From the NCBI RefSeq assembly GCF_036321535.1, contig NC_087452.1, positions 5,952,001 through 6,016,000 of the forward strand: a stretch of 64,000 nt of DNA, written 5' to 3'. Under the pieces are notes generated by a model. That model made no database searches. It worked only from the letters and a program-made list of their open reading frames with translations, and had not been told where the DNA came from. Origin of the DNA: Camelus dromedarius. Taxonomy: Eukaryota. The position numbers and the translations under genes were made by a program. Below are positions 28,161 through 38,700 of this stretch, piece after piece. Numbering within the stretch: the stretch's first letter is position 1; the number at the start of each line of letters is the position of its first letter.

Positions 28161-29239
28161 CGGCCCTCACCCTAGTCCCTGGGGGCAGGGGAACCACTTC
28201 CCCCTACCAACCAAAAAATATATCTCTTCAGCAGCTGGAACCCAGGGCTGGGCAGCCCCCTCCTAGTCCAGAGATGACTACATCTCTTGGATTGGGGGTG
28301 GTGAGCAGATGGTATATGCTTACCATTGAAGTCTCCTCCTCTGCAAAGCTTTCCGACGCCCCGTGTAAAATGAGCCACTGCGGGTTTCACAGCCCCTAGT
28401 ATGGCCACTCGCCGGCTGTGTGACCTTGGGCGAGTTACTCAACCTCTCTGAACCTCATTTTTTTTCTCCTGTGAAACGGGTGTAGCCACAGCCGCTTGTA
28501 TTGGGAAGAGTGCATGAAATCCAGGACATGTAGCTAAGCTTAGCACAGGCGTCTAACTGGGTAAGAGCTCACACAAGAGTACTATTATTAACCAGGACCT
28601 GTGTTAGTGGCCTTTCAGTCCTGCCCCCTCAGCTCACTCTGACTCCTGACACTGGAACGGAGACTTCTCTTTGGGTCCCCAGCACCTAGCCTGGGTCAGG
28701 AGCAGAGCAAGGGGCTTGGTGAATGTTTGAGAAACGAACAAACAAGACAGAGTCTAAAGCTCAGTTTGGAGGACAGGTTTAAGGGGGTCTCTAAACCCCC
28801 TGAAATTATCCACAAGCTCTGTTGGGCCTAGGCATTTCCCTGGGGAGAGTGCCTGGAGTTTTCTTCAGCTTCTCGAGGTGTCTGCGAGCCGCCAAGGATT
28901 AGGAAGCAGGGAGCTTTGAGCACACCTGCTTCCCAGAGGGAAGGAACAGGCACTAAACATACCCGGGCACTGGGTCTCATAGCCGCTATCCCCCCTCTCC
29001 TGGCCGGGGGTCCCTTCCTGCCTCCCCAGACTATCCACCTGGGGATCATGCACCTGGAGGCAAGAAATAAGAGATGCAGCCCTCGAGAAGCCCCAGGCCG
29101 GTGGGGGAGACAGGAGATGATCACCCTGTGTGACCAGGGTGACGGGAAGGGGTGGAGGGGGTGTCAGGGAAAGAAATACCCAAGCTGAAACAAGCCACCG
29201 TCCTAGCTTACCTGATTTCTGCACCGGCCTCTCTCCCCC

Positions 29240-29730
29240 TTTTAAAACACTTAGCAGATCTGGTCACTCCCATGCTTAACATCTCCACTGGATTCCTGGG
29301 ACACTTTTAGAATAAAACCCAGGTGCCTTTTCTCAGCTTTGAGAAGGCACCTCCCCCCTGGTTTCATCTCCCCATGCTCCCTCCTCCTGCATTTGCTGTG
29401 CTCTTCATTCCTGCTGAAGGGCCTTTCTGTTCCCTCCTCCAAATGCTTTTTCCTGATATCATCACGTGGCTGACTCCTTCCCATTCAACGTTTAGCTGAA
29501 AGTCACCTGAGAGGGGCTTTCTCGCACCCCTGAGTAAAGTAGGCCCCCATCCCTCTCTCTCTTAACCCCGTTTTATGTTCACCATAGCTCGCTTTATTTA
29601 CAAGTATTGATCGTCTGTTTCCTACCTACAATGCCAGCTCCCTGAGGGCAGGTAACTTGTCAGTCTTGTTCACTGTTTTATCCCAAGGCTCAGCAAACAG
29701 TATGTGCTCAAATTATTTGTTGAAAGAGTT
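29240..29730 (+). mobile_element. L2 3' end in PRRT3 intron 1
   Basis: CAGATCTGGTCACTCCCATGCTTAACATCTCCACTGG...CCTGAGGGCAGGTAACTTGTC...TGCTCAAATTATTTGTTGAA. Confidence 0.7.
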
Positions 29731-30427
29731 AAGGGGGCTGGTGGCAAAAAAAAGATTTCTGGCCAAAGGGAAAAGTAAAAGGGCTTTAATGCTTATTAAG
29801 TTCCTATTACAGGCCTGGCCCATGTGTTGTGTTATGTAAGTCTTAGAAGAACCCTTCTGAGTTAGGTACGATTTTTAAACCCATTTTACTGATGGGAAAA
29901 CCATGATGCAGAGGGTAAAGTAACTCACCCAGGAAATGATGAAGCTGGGATTCAAACCCAGGTCTCTCCTCAAAGGCAAGGGCATATTCTTCTCCCTCTC
30001 TACCTCTCTGATGTTTGAGCAGGGCCTTCAAGAAGAAGATTTAAAAAAAAACAAACTAGGATTTCAGCAAGTGCAGGTGAAGGGAGAGGCATTCCAGCCT
30101 ACGGGAACAGCAGGAGTAAAGGCCTGGGGCATCAGACAGTGCAGTGGGTGTTGAGGGATATGTGAGCAGCCTGATGTGGCCCTAGAAGGCCAGGGGAGGA
30201 GCTGATACTCTCTCCTGAGGGCAGTCGGGAGCCATTGAACATTTGCCAGCAGAGCAGGGCAAGTGGCGTGACCACAGATGCAGTTTTAAAAGGTCACTCT
30301 GGGCAGCATAAAGAGGTTGGACAGGAAGGGGTGGGCAGGGGATAAGGGCTGCTCCTTTCTTTCCCACCAGCCCCCTTGGGGCAGCCATGGGAGGCCCAAC
30401 CCTCATGTGCCATCCCCCTCTCCTTTT

Positions 30428-30583
30428 CTTTTCTTTTTTTTTTTTTTTGTTTATTTTGGGAGGAATTTTTAGGGTGGTGGTAATTAGGTTTAATTTATTT
30501 TTTTAATGGAGGTACTGGAGACTGAACCCAGGACCCTGTGCATGCTAAGCATGCACACTACCACTGAGCTCTACCCTCTCCCA
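30428..30583 (-). mobile_element. Camelid tRNA-derived SINE inserted just upstream of the PRRT3 exon 2 acceptor
   Basis: SINE body 30470-30583 with T-rich tail; TSD CCCTCTCCTTTT at 30416-30427 and 30584-30595. Confidence 0.88.
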
Positions 30584-30660
30584 CCCTCTCCTTTTTTTTT
30601 TAGGCTCATCCAGTGAAGACTGGAAGCTGAGGGCTCTAGGCCCAGGCATCAGAGTGGACC

Positions 30661-33600
30661 ATGGCCCACAGCCCGTGGGGCCGTGTGTGTGGCTTCCAGC
30701 TGCTCTTGCTGCTGCTGTCCCTGGGGTCTGGCCCTGCCCTGGGCCGGGGCCTTCCTCGGCCACTTGAGGACTCAGAACCACATCTGATCCCAGGAGCCCA
30801 CCCCAAGGGCCCTCTTGGCACAGAGCCCCAGGCCTTCGACTTCCTCTGGGAGGAGCCCAGAGACAAGAACCCCGGGGACTCCAGTGTCTCCCAGGTCCTT
30901 GCTGAGGAAGTGCCTGAGAGGCGCGTAGACTCCTTCGGCCTAGCCCTGCATGGACCTAAAGCAGCCCATGGGGTTCAGAGAGAAGGACTCCCGGTAACTG
31001 ATGACCTCCAGGTGGCTCGAGGGCCAAGTTCTCAGGGTTGGACAGGACGTCCTGAACCACAGGAGCCTATGGAGCAAGAAGCACCTGTCCCCTATCCAGT
31101 GGACGCCCCCCATGTCACTTCGATCCCCACAACTTCCACGCTCCAACCTGGGATGGCCACGGTTCCCCCCACCCCCGGGGAGCCTGGAGGCCAAGTGGGA
31201 CAGCGGCCATCTGGAGATGAGAGTCTGGTGGTGGCCAAAGACAAGACAAGGGTCTCAGAGACATCCCCCTGGGAACACAAGGGTCCTCCCCACACGCTTG
31301 TGCCCCACCTGGGCACTACTGTGAGGCCAGTGCTGGAAGGACAGGGCCAGGGTGAGGAGGACGTCCAGGAGACAGCTCACAGCCCCCTCACCACCCAGCA
31401 GGATCCAGCAGCCCCTGATGTTGGCTCAGTATCCCCAGCTGAGGGGGCATCCTCTCAGGAGCCTGGGTCCCAGCCAGACCTGGCATTGGCCAGAAGCCTT
31501 CCTCCTGCTGAGGAATTGCCCTTGGAGCTCCCCAAGAAGGCTGGAGATGGGGAGACCTGGGAAGTCAGTTCTCCAAGTCCCTCACCCAAACTGGCTGATC
31601 TCCCTGATGTCAGGGGCTCACCGGGACCCCAGCACTCAGGTCCTCCAGCCACAGAAACTCCTGATGCACAGCTCAAGCCAGGTGGGTATCAAAGTTAGGG
31701 TGCTGAGCAGGGCTGGGGGGGCAGTGTTCCAGGGCAGCCAGATGCCCCAGTTTCCACGTGACCTCTGGTCCCTCTTGGTTCCGCTTTCCTCATTCTGGCA
31801 AATGAGGGTGATTGTGCCTCCCTCCTGGGGGATGAGATTTTGGGGAACGCTGGGAAGTCAGGCAAAGTGATGACTGCTTTTGTTATTTCAGAGATAGCAG
31901 CAGTGAATGGAGCAGACCCCATCTCCCCCCAGCGGGTGAGAGGAGCAGTGGAGGCCCCAGGTACCCCCAAGTCCCTCATCCCTGGCCCCTCCGACCCTGG
32001 CCCAACTACAAACCGAACAGAGAGCCCTGTGGGAGCCCTGAAGCCAGGTGAGGGCACGGCTGGGGGTTTGGGGAGAGCGGGTACTCTGTCTATTAACTAG
32101 GAACCTGTGTGAGGTATATACGGGGGGTGGGGTGGGGAGTGAATAGGGACAAACACCTCCTTAAAGGAACTGGTAAAGAATGCCTTCAAACAACTTAGGA
32201 TAATAAACTAATACTCACTGGATACTCCAGGAGAATTCATTTGCACTCTGGGGGCTAGAAAATTCTTAAACGTAACAGGTGTATTTAGCGCAGTGATTCT
32301 CCAACTCCTACAAGTCACTGGAGGAGTTTTTAAACAATTCCAATGCCCAAGCCCAGGCCCAGGGGATTCTGATTTGAGTTGATCTCCAGGTGATTCTAAT
32401 ATGCAGCCCCTGTTGAGAACTGTGGGAATGTTAATAAGAATAATAGCTCCCATCCATTTAACACTTACTGGGTGTTGGGCACTAAGCTATACATTTACTC
32501 TCACCACAACCCCATGAGGGAGGTGTTGTTACCACCCGCATTTTACAGATGTGCTTGGAAAAGTTAAACAACTTGTTCACCACACCAGAGAATGATGGAA
32601 AATCTAAAGCACTTCTCAAAGGGCTATTTTAATATTGTTATTATTGCAGATGAAGCCGAGGAGTGGCCTGGGCGCCCCCAAAGCCATCCCCCAGCACCCC
32701 CTGTCCAGGCCCCCTCGACGTCACGCCGGGGCCTCATTCGGGTCACCACGCAGCGCGCCCTGGGCCAGCCACCCCCTCCAGAGCCCTCAGCCAGCTCCAT
32801 GGCATCAGCCCCAGCCTCCAGCCCCCCGGCCAACGCCACCGCACCACCCCTGCGCTGGGGTCCCCTGCGGCGGGTGCTGAGCTTTTCCTGGGAGCTGCAC
32901 GTCTACGGGGTGGGGGTGCTTTTCCTGCTGCCCGCGTTGCTGGCACTGGCCTCGCTGGCAGCCGCCCCTGCGGGGCCCCGGCTGGCACTGGTGGCGGCGG
33001 TGCTGGTGCTGGTGGCGTCAGGGCTGAGATCCGCCTACATGCTCACCGACCCGTATGGCTCGCAGGCACGGCTGGGTTTACGCGCCGGCCTGGTGCTGTA
33101 CAATCTGCCCTTCCCCTTGCTACTCACTGCGCTGGCGGCCCTGACCCTGCTCGGCCTGGGCGCGGGGCTGCCACAGCAGCTGCAGAACCCGCTCCTCCTG
33201 GGAGCGCTGGCGTTGGTGCACGGCGTGGGGCTGCTCGCTACAGACCTGCTGTCGGTGAGGCCTGCGCTCAACCTCCTGGCTCAGGGCTTATCGTGCGCCT
33301 GGGGCGCGGCCGTGGCTCTGGGCACGCTCTGCCTGTGCCGTCGCCGCCTGCTGGACGGGCCGAGGGGCTGGGATGCTAGCCCGGGCCCGAGGCTGCTGGC
33401 CGTGGCGGGCGCGCTGGGGCTGCTGGCCAGCGGCTTGCAGCTGGCGGCCGCGCTCTGGCTGTACCCGGGCCCGGGCCGGGTGGGCCGCTTCTCGTGGGCC
33501 TGGTGGGGCGTCCACTTTTGGCTGCGCCTGCTGGAGCTGACGTGGGCGCTCACCCTGGGGCTGGCCGCTGTGGCCGCCGCGCGGCCCAGGCCGCCCACGG

Positions 33601-34400
33601 AGCACGCTTGCTGGGCTAAGCTCCTGCGCCTGGCGTGCCCCACGCCCTCGGGCAAGACCGAGGTGCCTGAGCGGCCCAACAACTGCTATGCGGGGCCCAG
33701 TGGCGTCGGCGCAGGTACCTTGGACATCAGTAAGAGCCTCATCCGCAACCCAGCGGAGGGTGGGCCGCCGGCCACGCCCAGTTCAGGCGCCTGGGGTTCC
33801 TCTGCGTCGCTGGGCCGCGGTCCCCAGGGTGGTCCGGAGCTGTCCCGCAGCAGCGTGGGGCCGGCGCCGTCGATGAGCGAGCTGGACCTGCGGCCGCCAT
33901 CACCCATCAACCTGAGCCGCAGCATCGACGCCGCGCTCTTCCGAGAGCACCTGGTGCGCGATAGCGTCTTCCGGCGCTGCGGCCTGGCCTCCCCGCCGCC
34001 CGGGGGCGCGCTGCGGCCACGCCGAGGCAGCCACCCCGACGCCGAGCTCGACGGCTCGGGCTCTTCCCTCCTGCGCGGCCGCTGCCGGTCGCTCAGCGAC
34101 GTGCGCATGCGCGGGCCGGTCCCCCAACATGTGGTGGACGAGCCTGACCCGGCGGCTTCTGGCAGCTCCGCGGACAGCTTCTCCCGGGGTTCACTGAAGA
34201 TCAGCTGGAACCCGTGGCGCCACGGGCTGTCGTCGGTGGACAGTCTGCCCCTGGACGAGCTGCCCAGCACGGTGCAGCTACTGTCTTCCCCAGCTCCTGC
34301 CCCTGCTCCTGCCCGGCCTGGGGAGCCGCAGAGTAGGGTCCAGCCTCCCTGCAAGCCCGGGGACTCCCGCAGCGCCTCCAGTGACACCATCGAACTCTGA
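30661..34400 (+). CDS. PRRT3: Proline-rich transmembrane protein 3, complete, 975 aa
   Basis: Exons 30661-31681 (acceptor at 30603|30604, upstream of the ATG), 31892-32047 and 32650-34400. Total 2928 nt with phase-1 junctions. Signal-peptide-like N-terminus, Pro/Ser/Thr-rich ectodomain, seven hydrophobic segments, C-terminus SASSDTIEL. Confidence 0.96.
32290..32425. mobile_element. MER5-type DNA transposon remnant in PRRT3 intron 3
   Basis: CAGTGATTCTCCAAC...TTTTAAACAATTCCAATGCCCAAGCCC...TCCAGGTGATTCTAATATGCAGCC...TTGAGAACTG. Confidence 0.65.
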
Positions 34401-34753
34401 GGGGGTCCAGAAACTCAGGACCAGGGCCCCCGCCTCGATGGCCCTACACGGGCATGACCAACCGGGACAGTTGAATATTTGCAAAACATTCCGGGAGTAT
34501 TCCTGGGCCTCCACCTGATTGCAGCCTCCGGAGACAAGCCTGGGTGAACTCACCCCTTGATTTTTGTTTTTTTAAATATCTCTATTTTTTTCCAGTATTT
34601 TGCACAGAGGCCGTGACTTAAGCGGAATACAGGGTGGACGTGCACGGACTGGAGAATGGAAAATGGGGTCCAGGTGCCCCAAACATCCCCCCACCTCCCG
34701 ACTCCTCAGTGGAGATGAGGCTTGCTTGTCCAGACTGTTCTTTGTGCCAAAGA

Positions 34754-34759
34754 AATAAA
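34754..34759 (+). terminator. Probable PRRT3 polyadenylation signal AATAAA
   Basis: First AATAAA after the stop, about 350 nt downstream. Confidence 0.55.
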
Positions 34760-35320
34760 CCTTACGACTTCGCTCATGCCTCCCTCTGGCCACGCAGGAT
34801 CCTGTTCAGAGGAGAGGTAGCAGGGCCCACATCCCAGTAACTGCAAGTCCTGTGTTTACTGTGGAGGGGAGGGCTTGCAGAGTAAATGGCGCTGGACCCT
34901 TGCAGGCTTTAGAAATAATGGCTCCCAATATTTTATGGAACATCTATCTGCTGTACACTGTCTTCAGCTCTTCACATTTGTCACCTTACTTAATTCTCAC
35001 ATTAAGCCTGAGTGGAAAGTATTTTCGTGTCCATTATAGATGAGAAGAGTGGATGAAAGCCATTTGTCCAGGGTCCTTTGGCAAATGAGAGCTGGTACTA
35101 AACCGAGAAAGTTCCACTCCTAAGCCTGGTCCCTCCATCCCCCTTTCTCCTAACACCCCTTCATGGTCAAGCCTTTCCTCTGTCCTCCATGGGGGTAGCC
35201 CTCAATTTCCCAGGGTTTTAAAAAACTTCCCCAAGGGTGGAGGGGCCCTCAGAAACTCAGGCCAACTCATGGCAGGTGGGGGCAGGTAGTAAGACTGCAG
35301 CTTCTCCATTTTCCAAGACC

Positions 35321-35503
35321 TTTATTTCCTGAGATGAATCAATAAATAAATCAGTGGCTGGGGGGCAGGTGAGTACAGAACAGGAGCTGGCAGCATGCAG
35401 CTGGCAGGAGGGGGCTGTGATGGGCCCATCCCTGCAGGGACCCCTCCCCATCCTGGGCAGGGGCCAAAGCTCACTAGCAGCCACCACGAGGAGACACTTT
35501 ATT
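35321..35503 (-). terminator. Candidate CRELD1 polyadenylation signals
   Basis: TTTATT on + (AATAAA on -) at 35498-35503 and 35321-35326, downstream of the CRELD1 stop at 35760. Confidence 0.55.
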
Positions 35504-35759
35504 TTAAAAAATCCACACGCATTGTGAAGCCTGCCCAGTGCACTCGGGCCAAGACCTCACGGCGCCCACCTCTGGGGCTGCTTTTCCACTGCCGAGGCCT
35601 CACGTGCCCAGGCTGTGGTGCCCGGGCTGCTCTGTAAGGTGGGCTGGGGGTACTTACCCCACTCTCAAAAATAAAGCAAGTGCCTCCAGTGTCCAGGCAG
35701 GAGAGTCCTGACCTCGGGGGCAGCCCAGGCGGGAGGAGATCCTGCAGGTGTGGCAGGGA

Positions 35760-38700
35760 TTATCTACCCTTGATGAAGCCCTCCAGCACACGGTCACTAC
35801 GCTCTGACAACCAGTAGCCAGTCATGGCCGCCACAGCCCCGATGAAGATGGCAGTGAAGACCAAGTCACCCTTGGCAGCCAGCGTGGCCAGAGCGCAGAT
35901 AATGACACCGAAGAACATCTGCTGCAGGACCACCAGCTCGTCCTCTGTCATCTCCGAGAAGAAGCCCGCTGACTCTGAGCAAGAGAAGCGCCTGTCACTC
36001 AGCCCCCGTTCCCTGAGCCTCCCACATGCCTGATCATTGCTGCTGCGTGCCTGCCGGGCACACCAGCACAAGATGTCATTTGCTGCTGAAAACAACTCCA
36101 AGAGGGGCAGCTATTATCCCTGTCTCACTAAATGGGAACCTGAGGCTCAGAGAGGTGAAGAGGTTTGCCCAAGGCCAGGCGGGCGAGTTGGGTCAGAGCA
36201 CGTGTGCTAGCCCAGCTCCAGAGCCAGAGTGCTGGCATCAATGCCCAGCTCTGCCACCTGCTTGCCATGTGGCCCTGGGCAAGTTGTTCCATCTCTGCAT
36301 CCCAGCTTCCACTATACCAGTGGGGATGAGAATAATAGCTACAGCACTGGACTGGTTTTAGGGGAGAAATAAGTTAATACGTGCAGCATGCTTAGAACAG
36401 CGTGTGACACAGGGTTAAGAGCTGTGGAAGTGGTCACTATCATCACTGTGACTGTCTTTGGTCTCATCACACCCATGGCCTACGACAGCTCTCAGTGGCA
36501 GGGCAAGGATGGGTCCCACTGGACAGATGAGGAAAGAGGCCTGGGGAGGCAGAATGACTTAAGGCCAAGTCCCATTTTCTTTCCACCCTGGGAACTGTGA
36601 GGGCAAGAGAAGCCAGCCTGGGGATCAGATGTGGGGTTCAGATCCCAGTGCAGCACACGAGGGCTGGGAGGGGGTGGGGGTGGGGCAGGGCTGGCAGCGG
36701 CCTGGAGGCAGGGCTTCCCTGCCGCCTGGATGGTGACCCCCCCCCCAGGTTTCTGGGGCCAACATGGGGCTCACCTGGGATCTGCTCCTTCACACAGATG
36801 CCCTCCATCTGTTTGTAGCCCTCGGCACAGACGCAGCGGTAACTGCCCTCTGTGTTCTCACACTGCTCATTCTCTCCCGGGCACACCACTGTCTCACACT
36901 CGTCCACATCTTGAGGAAGGATGCGGAGGGTCAGAGGCCTGGCCACCAGGCTCCCACGGGCAGGGCCCCTGACTCTGTCTTGCTCACATCCTGACACCCC
37001 CTGCCCTGGCCCAGGCAACCTTCCACCCTTCCTTCCCATGCCCTGTCCACCTTCCAGCCCCTCTCAATTTGTGGTGGGCAAGGCCCCCCCGGGTGCCAGA
37101 GCCCTACCAGCAGGACACTCACCGAGGCACTTGGAGCCCACCTGCTGGTAGCCAGGGCTGCATCTCTTACAGCGGCCTGGCCCTGCCCCCATGCAGCCCA
37201 GGCAGGCTTTGGCACAGTCTGGAGAAAGGAGAGGAGAAAAGGATGTGAGTGCCCGTAGGCCTGGGGGGAAGCCCTGCTCCAGAAGAGTTCTGGGCAGGAG
37301 GTGGGGAGAAGTTCTGGTACCTGGGAAGGTGGAAGTTTGTGGGGAAAGGCGAGGAGCAGTTCCTCCCACCATCCCCACCCTCCTCCCGTGCAGGAGCGGC
37401 ACGTACCTCGGCACTCGTAGGAGCCCTCCGTGTTCACACAGAACTGGTCAGGTCCACAGCTGGCTCGCTCTGTGCCACACTCATCAATGTCTGCAAAGAG
37501 GCCAGTAGGGTGGGGACTTCAGTCCCTATTTCACTAACGGGGAAGCTGAGGCCCGGGTTGTTGCAAAGGGACTAGCCCAGGCCCCAGTGGTCCAGACACC
37601 ACAGGCTGTCCACCAGCACGGACACAGAGGTGCAGCTGGACTCCGGGCCATCCAGCAGGAGACGGCATTTTTCAATCTGCCTTGCAGCCAAGTGTGGCCT
37701 TGTGATTGCGTTCTGGCCAGCAGGATGTAAACAGAAGTGATGTGCTCCACTTCTGGCTTGGCCTTAAAACAACGGACGTGGACTCCTCCGTGCACTTTCT
37801 TCCCTTTCTCACTTCCTGAATGCTGGGTCATGGAACACGGAGGTGCTCGTGACCCAGCCTCAACCAGGAAGCCAACACCCAAGGGAATGAATGCACAATA
37901 AGACAGAAGGAATCTGGGTTCTTAATGACTGGGACAAGCAGCGCTTCCCTGCCAGCCTGGACGACTGGCTTCGAGACTGTGATATGAGATAAAAATAAAC
38001 CTCTATATTCTTTAAGCCACAGTCTTTGAGAATCTTTTTGTTACAGCAGCTTAGCTTTTACCCTCGTCTATCTAAATGGCTAGGCAGGGATCAAACTAAG
38101 TCTGGAACCCAGGTTTCCTGTCCCAAGTTCAGTATCTTCATTCCCCTGGCTAACCCTTTTTCAATTTTCAAGACTTGACCCAAGTGACACCTCCTCCAAG
38201 AAGCCTTTCCTGATTCCCCACCACCATGGAGCTGGAAGAGGTACATCTCTCCCTGTAAAACCATCAGTCTGTACTGTAAGTACCTGGTTACTCTTCTGCC
38301 TTCCCAACCAGGTTGAGATCTCCATGAAGGTGGGGACTGGGTTGGTCTAGCACAGAGATGTGTGTGTTGATGGGGAACCAACCCCAGGACCCCTCCCTGC
38401 CCCTCCAGGCCGAGGGCAAGGCCCCACTCACCTACACACTTGAGATGATGCAGGGTCCAGCCCTTCTTGCACTGTAAACAGTTTGATTCCTCAGGTCCTG
38501 AGCAGCGGGCACAGGGGCCAAAGCAAGCTGGGTGGGATGGGGGACATATGAGGGTGTGCAGGCAGGCACCCCAAGTGCCCCTGCCCAGTGCTGCGCCTCT
38601 CGGCTACCTACCCGAACATACCAGATGGCTGGCGTTGCGTTCTGCCTCAAAGTAGCCAAGGCCGCACTGGCCACAGGCCTCTCCACCGTAGCCGGCTTGA

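Noticed and set aside
27688-28266. 192-aa ORF in the PRRT3 promoter
   Set aside because: Non-ATG start, GC-rich, and it crosses the exon 1 donor into the intron.
32592-32649. In-frame intronic ATG ATG extending PRRT3 exon 4 ([19 protein letters not shown])
   Set aside because: It runs through the normal acceptor tract next to MIR-like sequence, with no promoter evidence and no signal peptide; most likely chance.
32624-34553. Several antisense and alternative-frame ORFs over PRRT3 exon 4 (e.g. 33686-34390, 234 aa; 32663-33379, 238 aa)
   Set aside because: Expected from stop-codon scarcity in very GC-rich coding DNA. An antisense lncRNA cannot be inferred from sequence alone.
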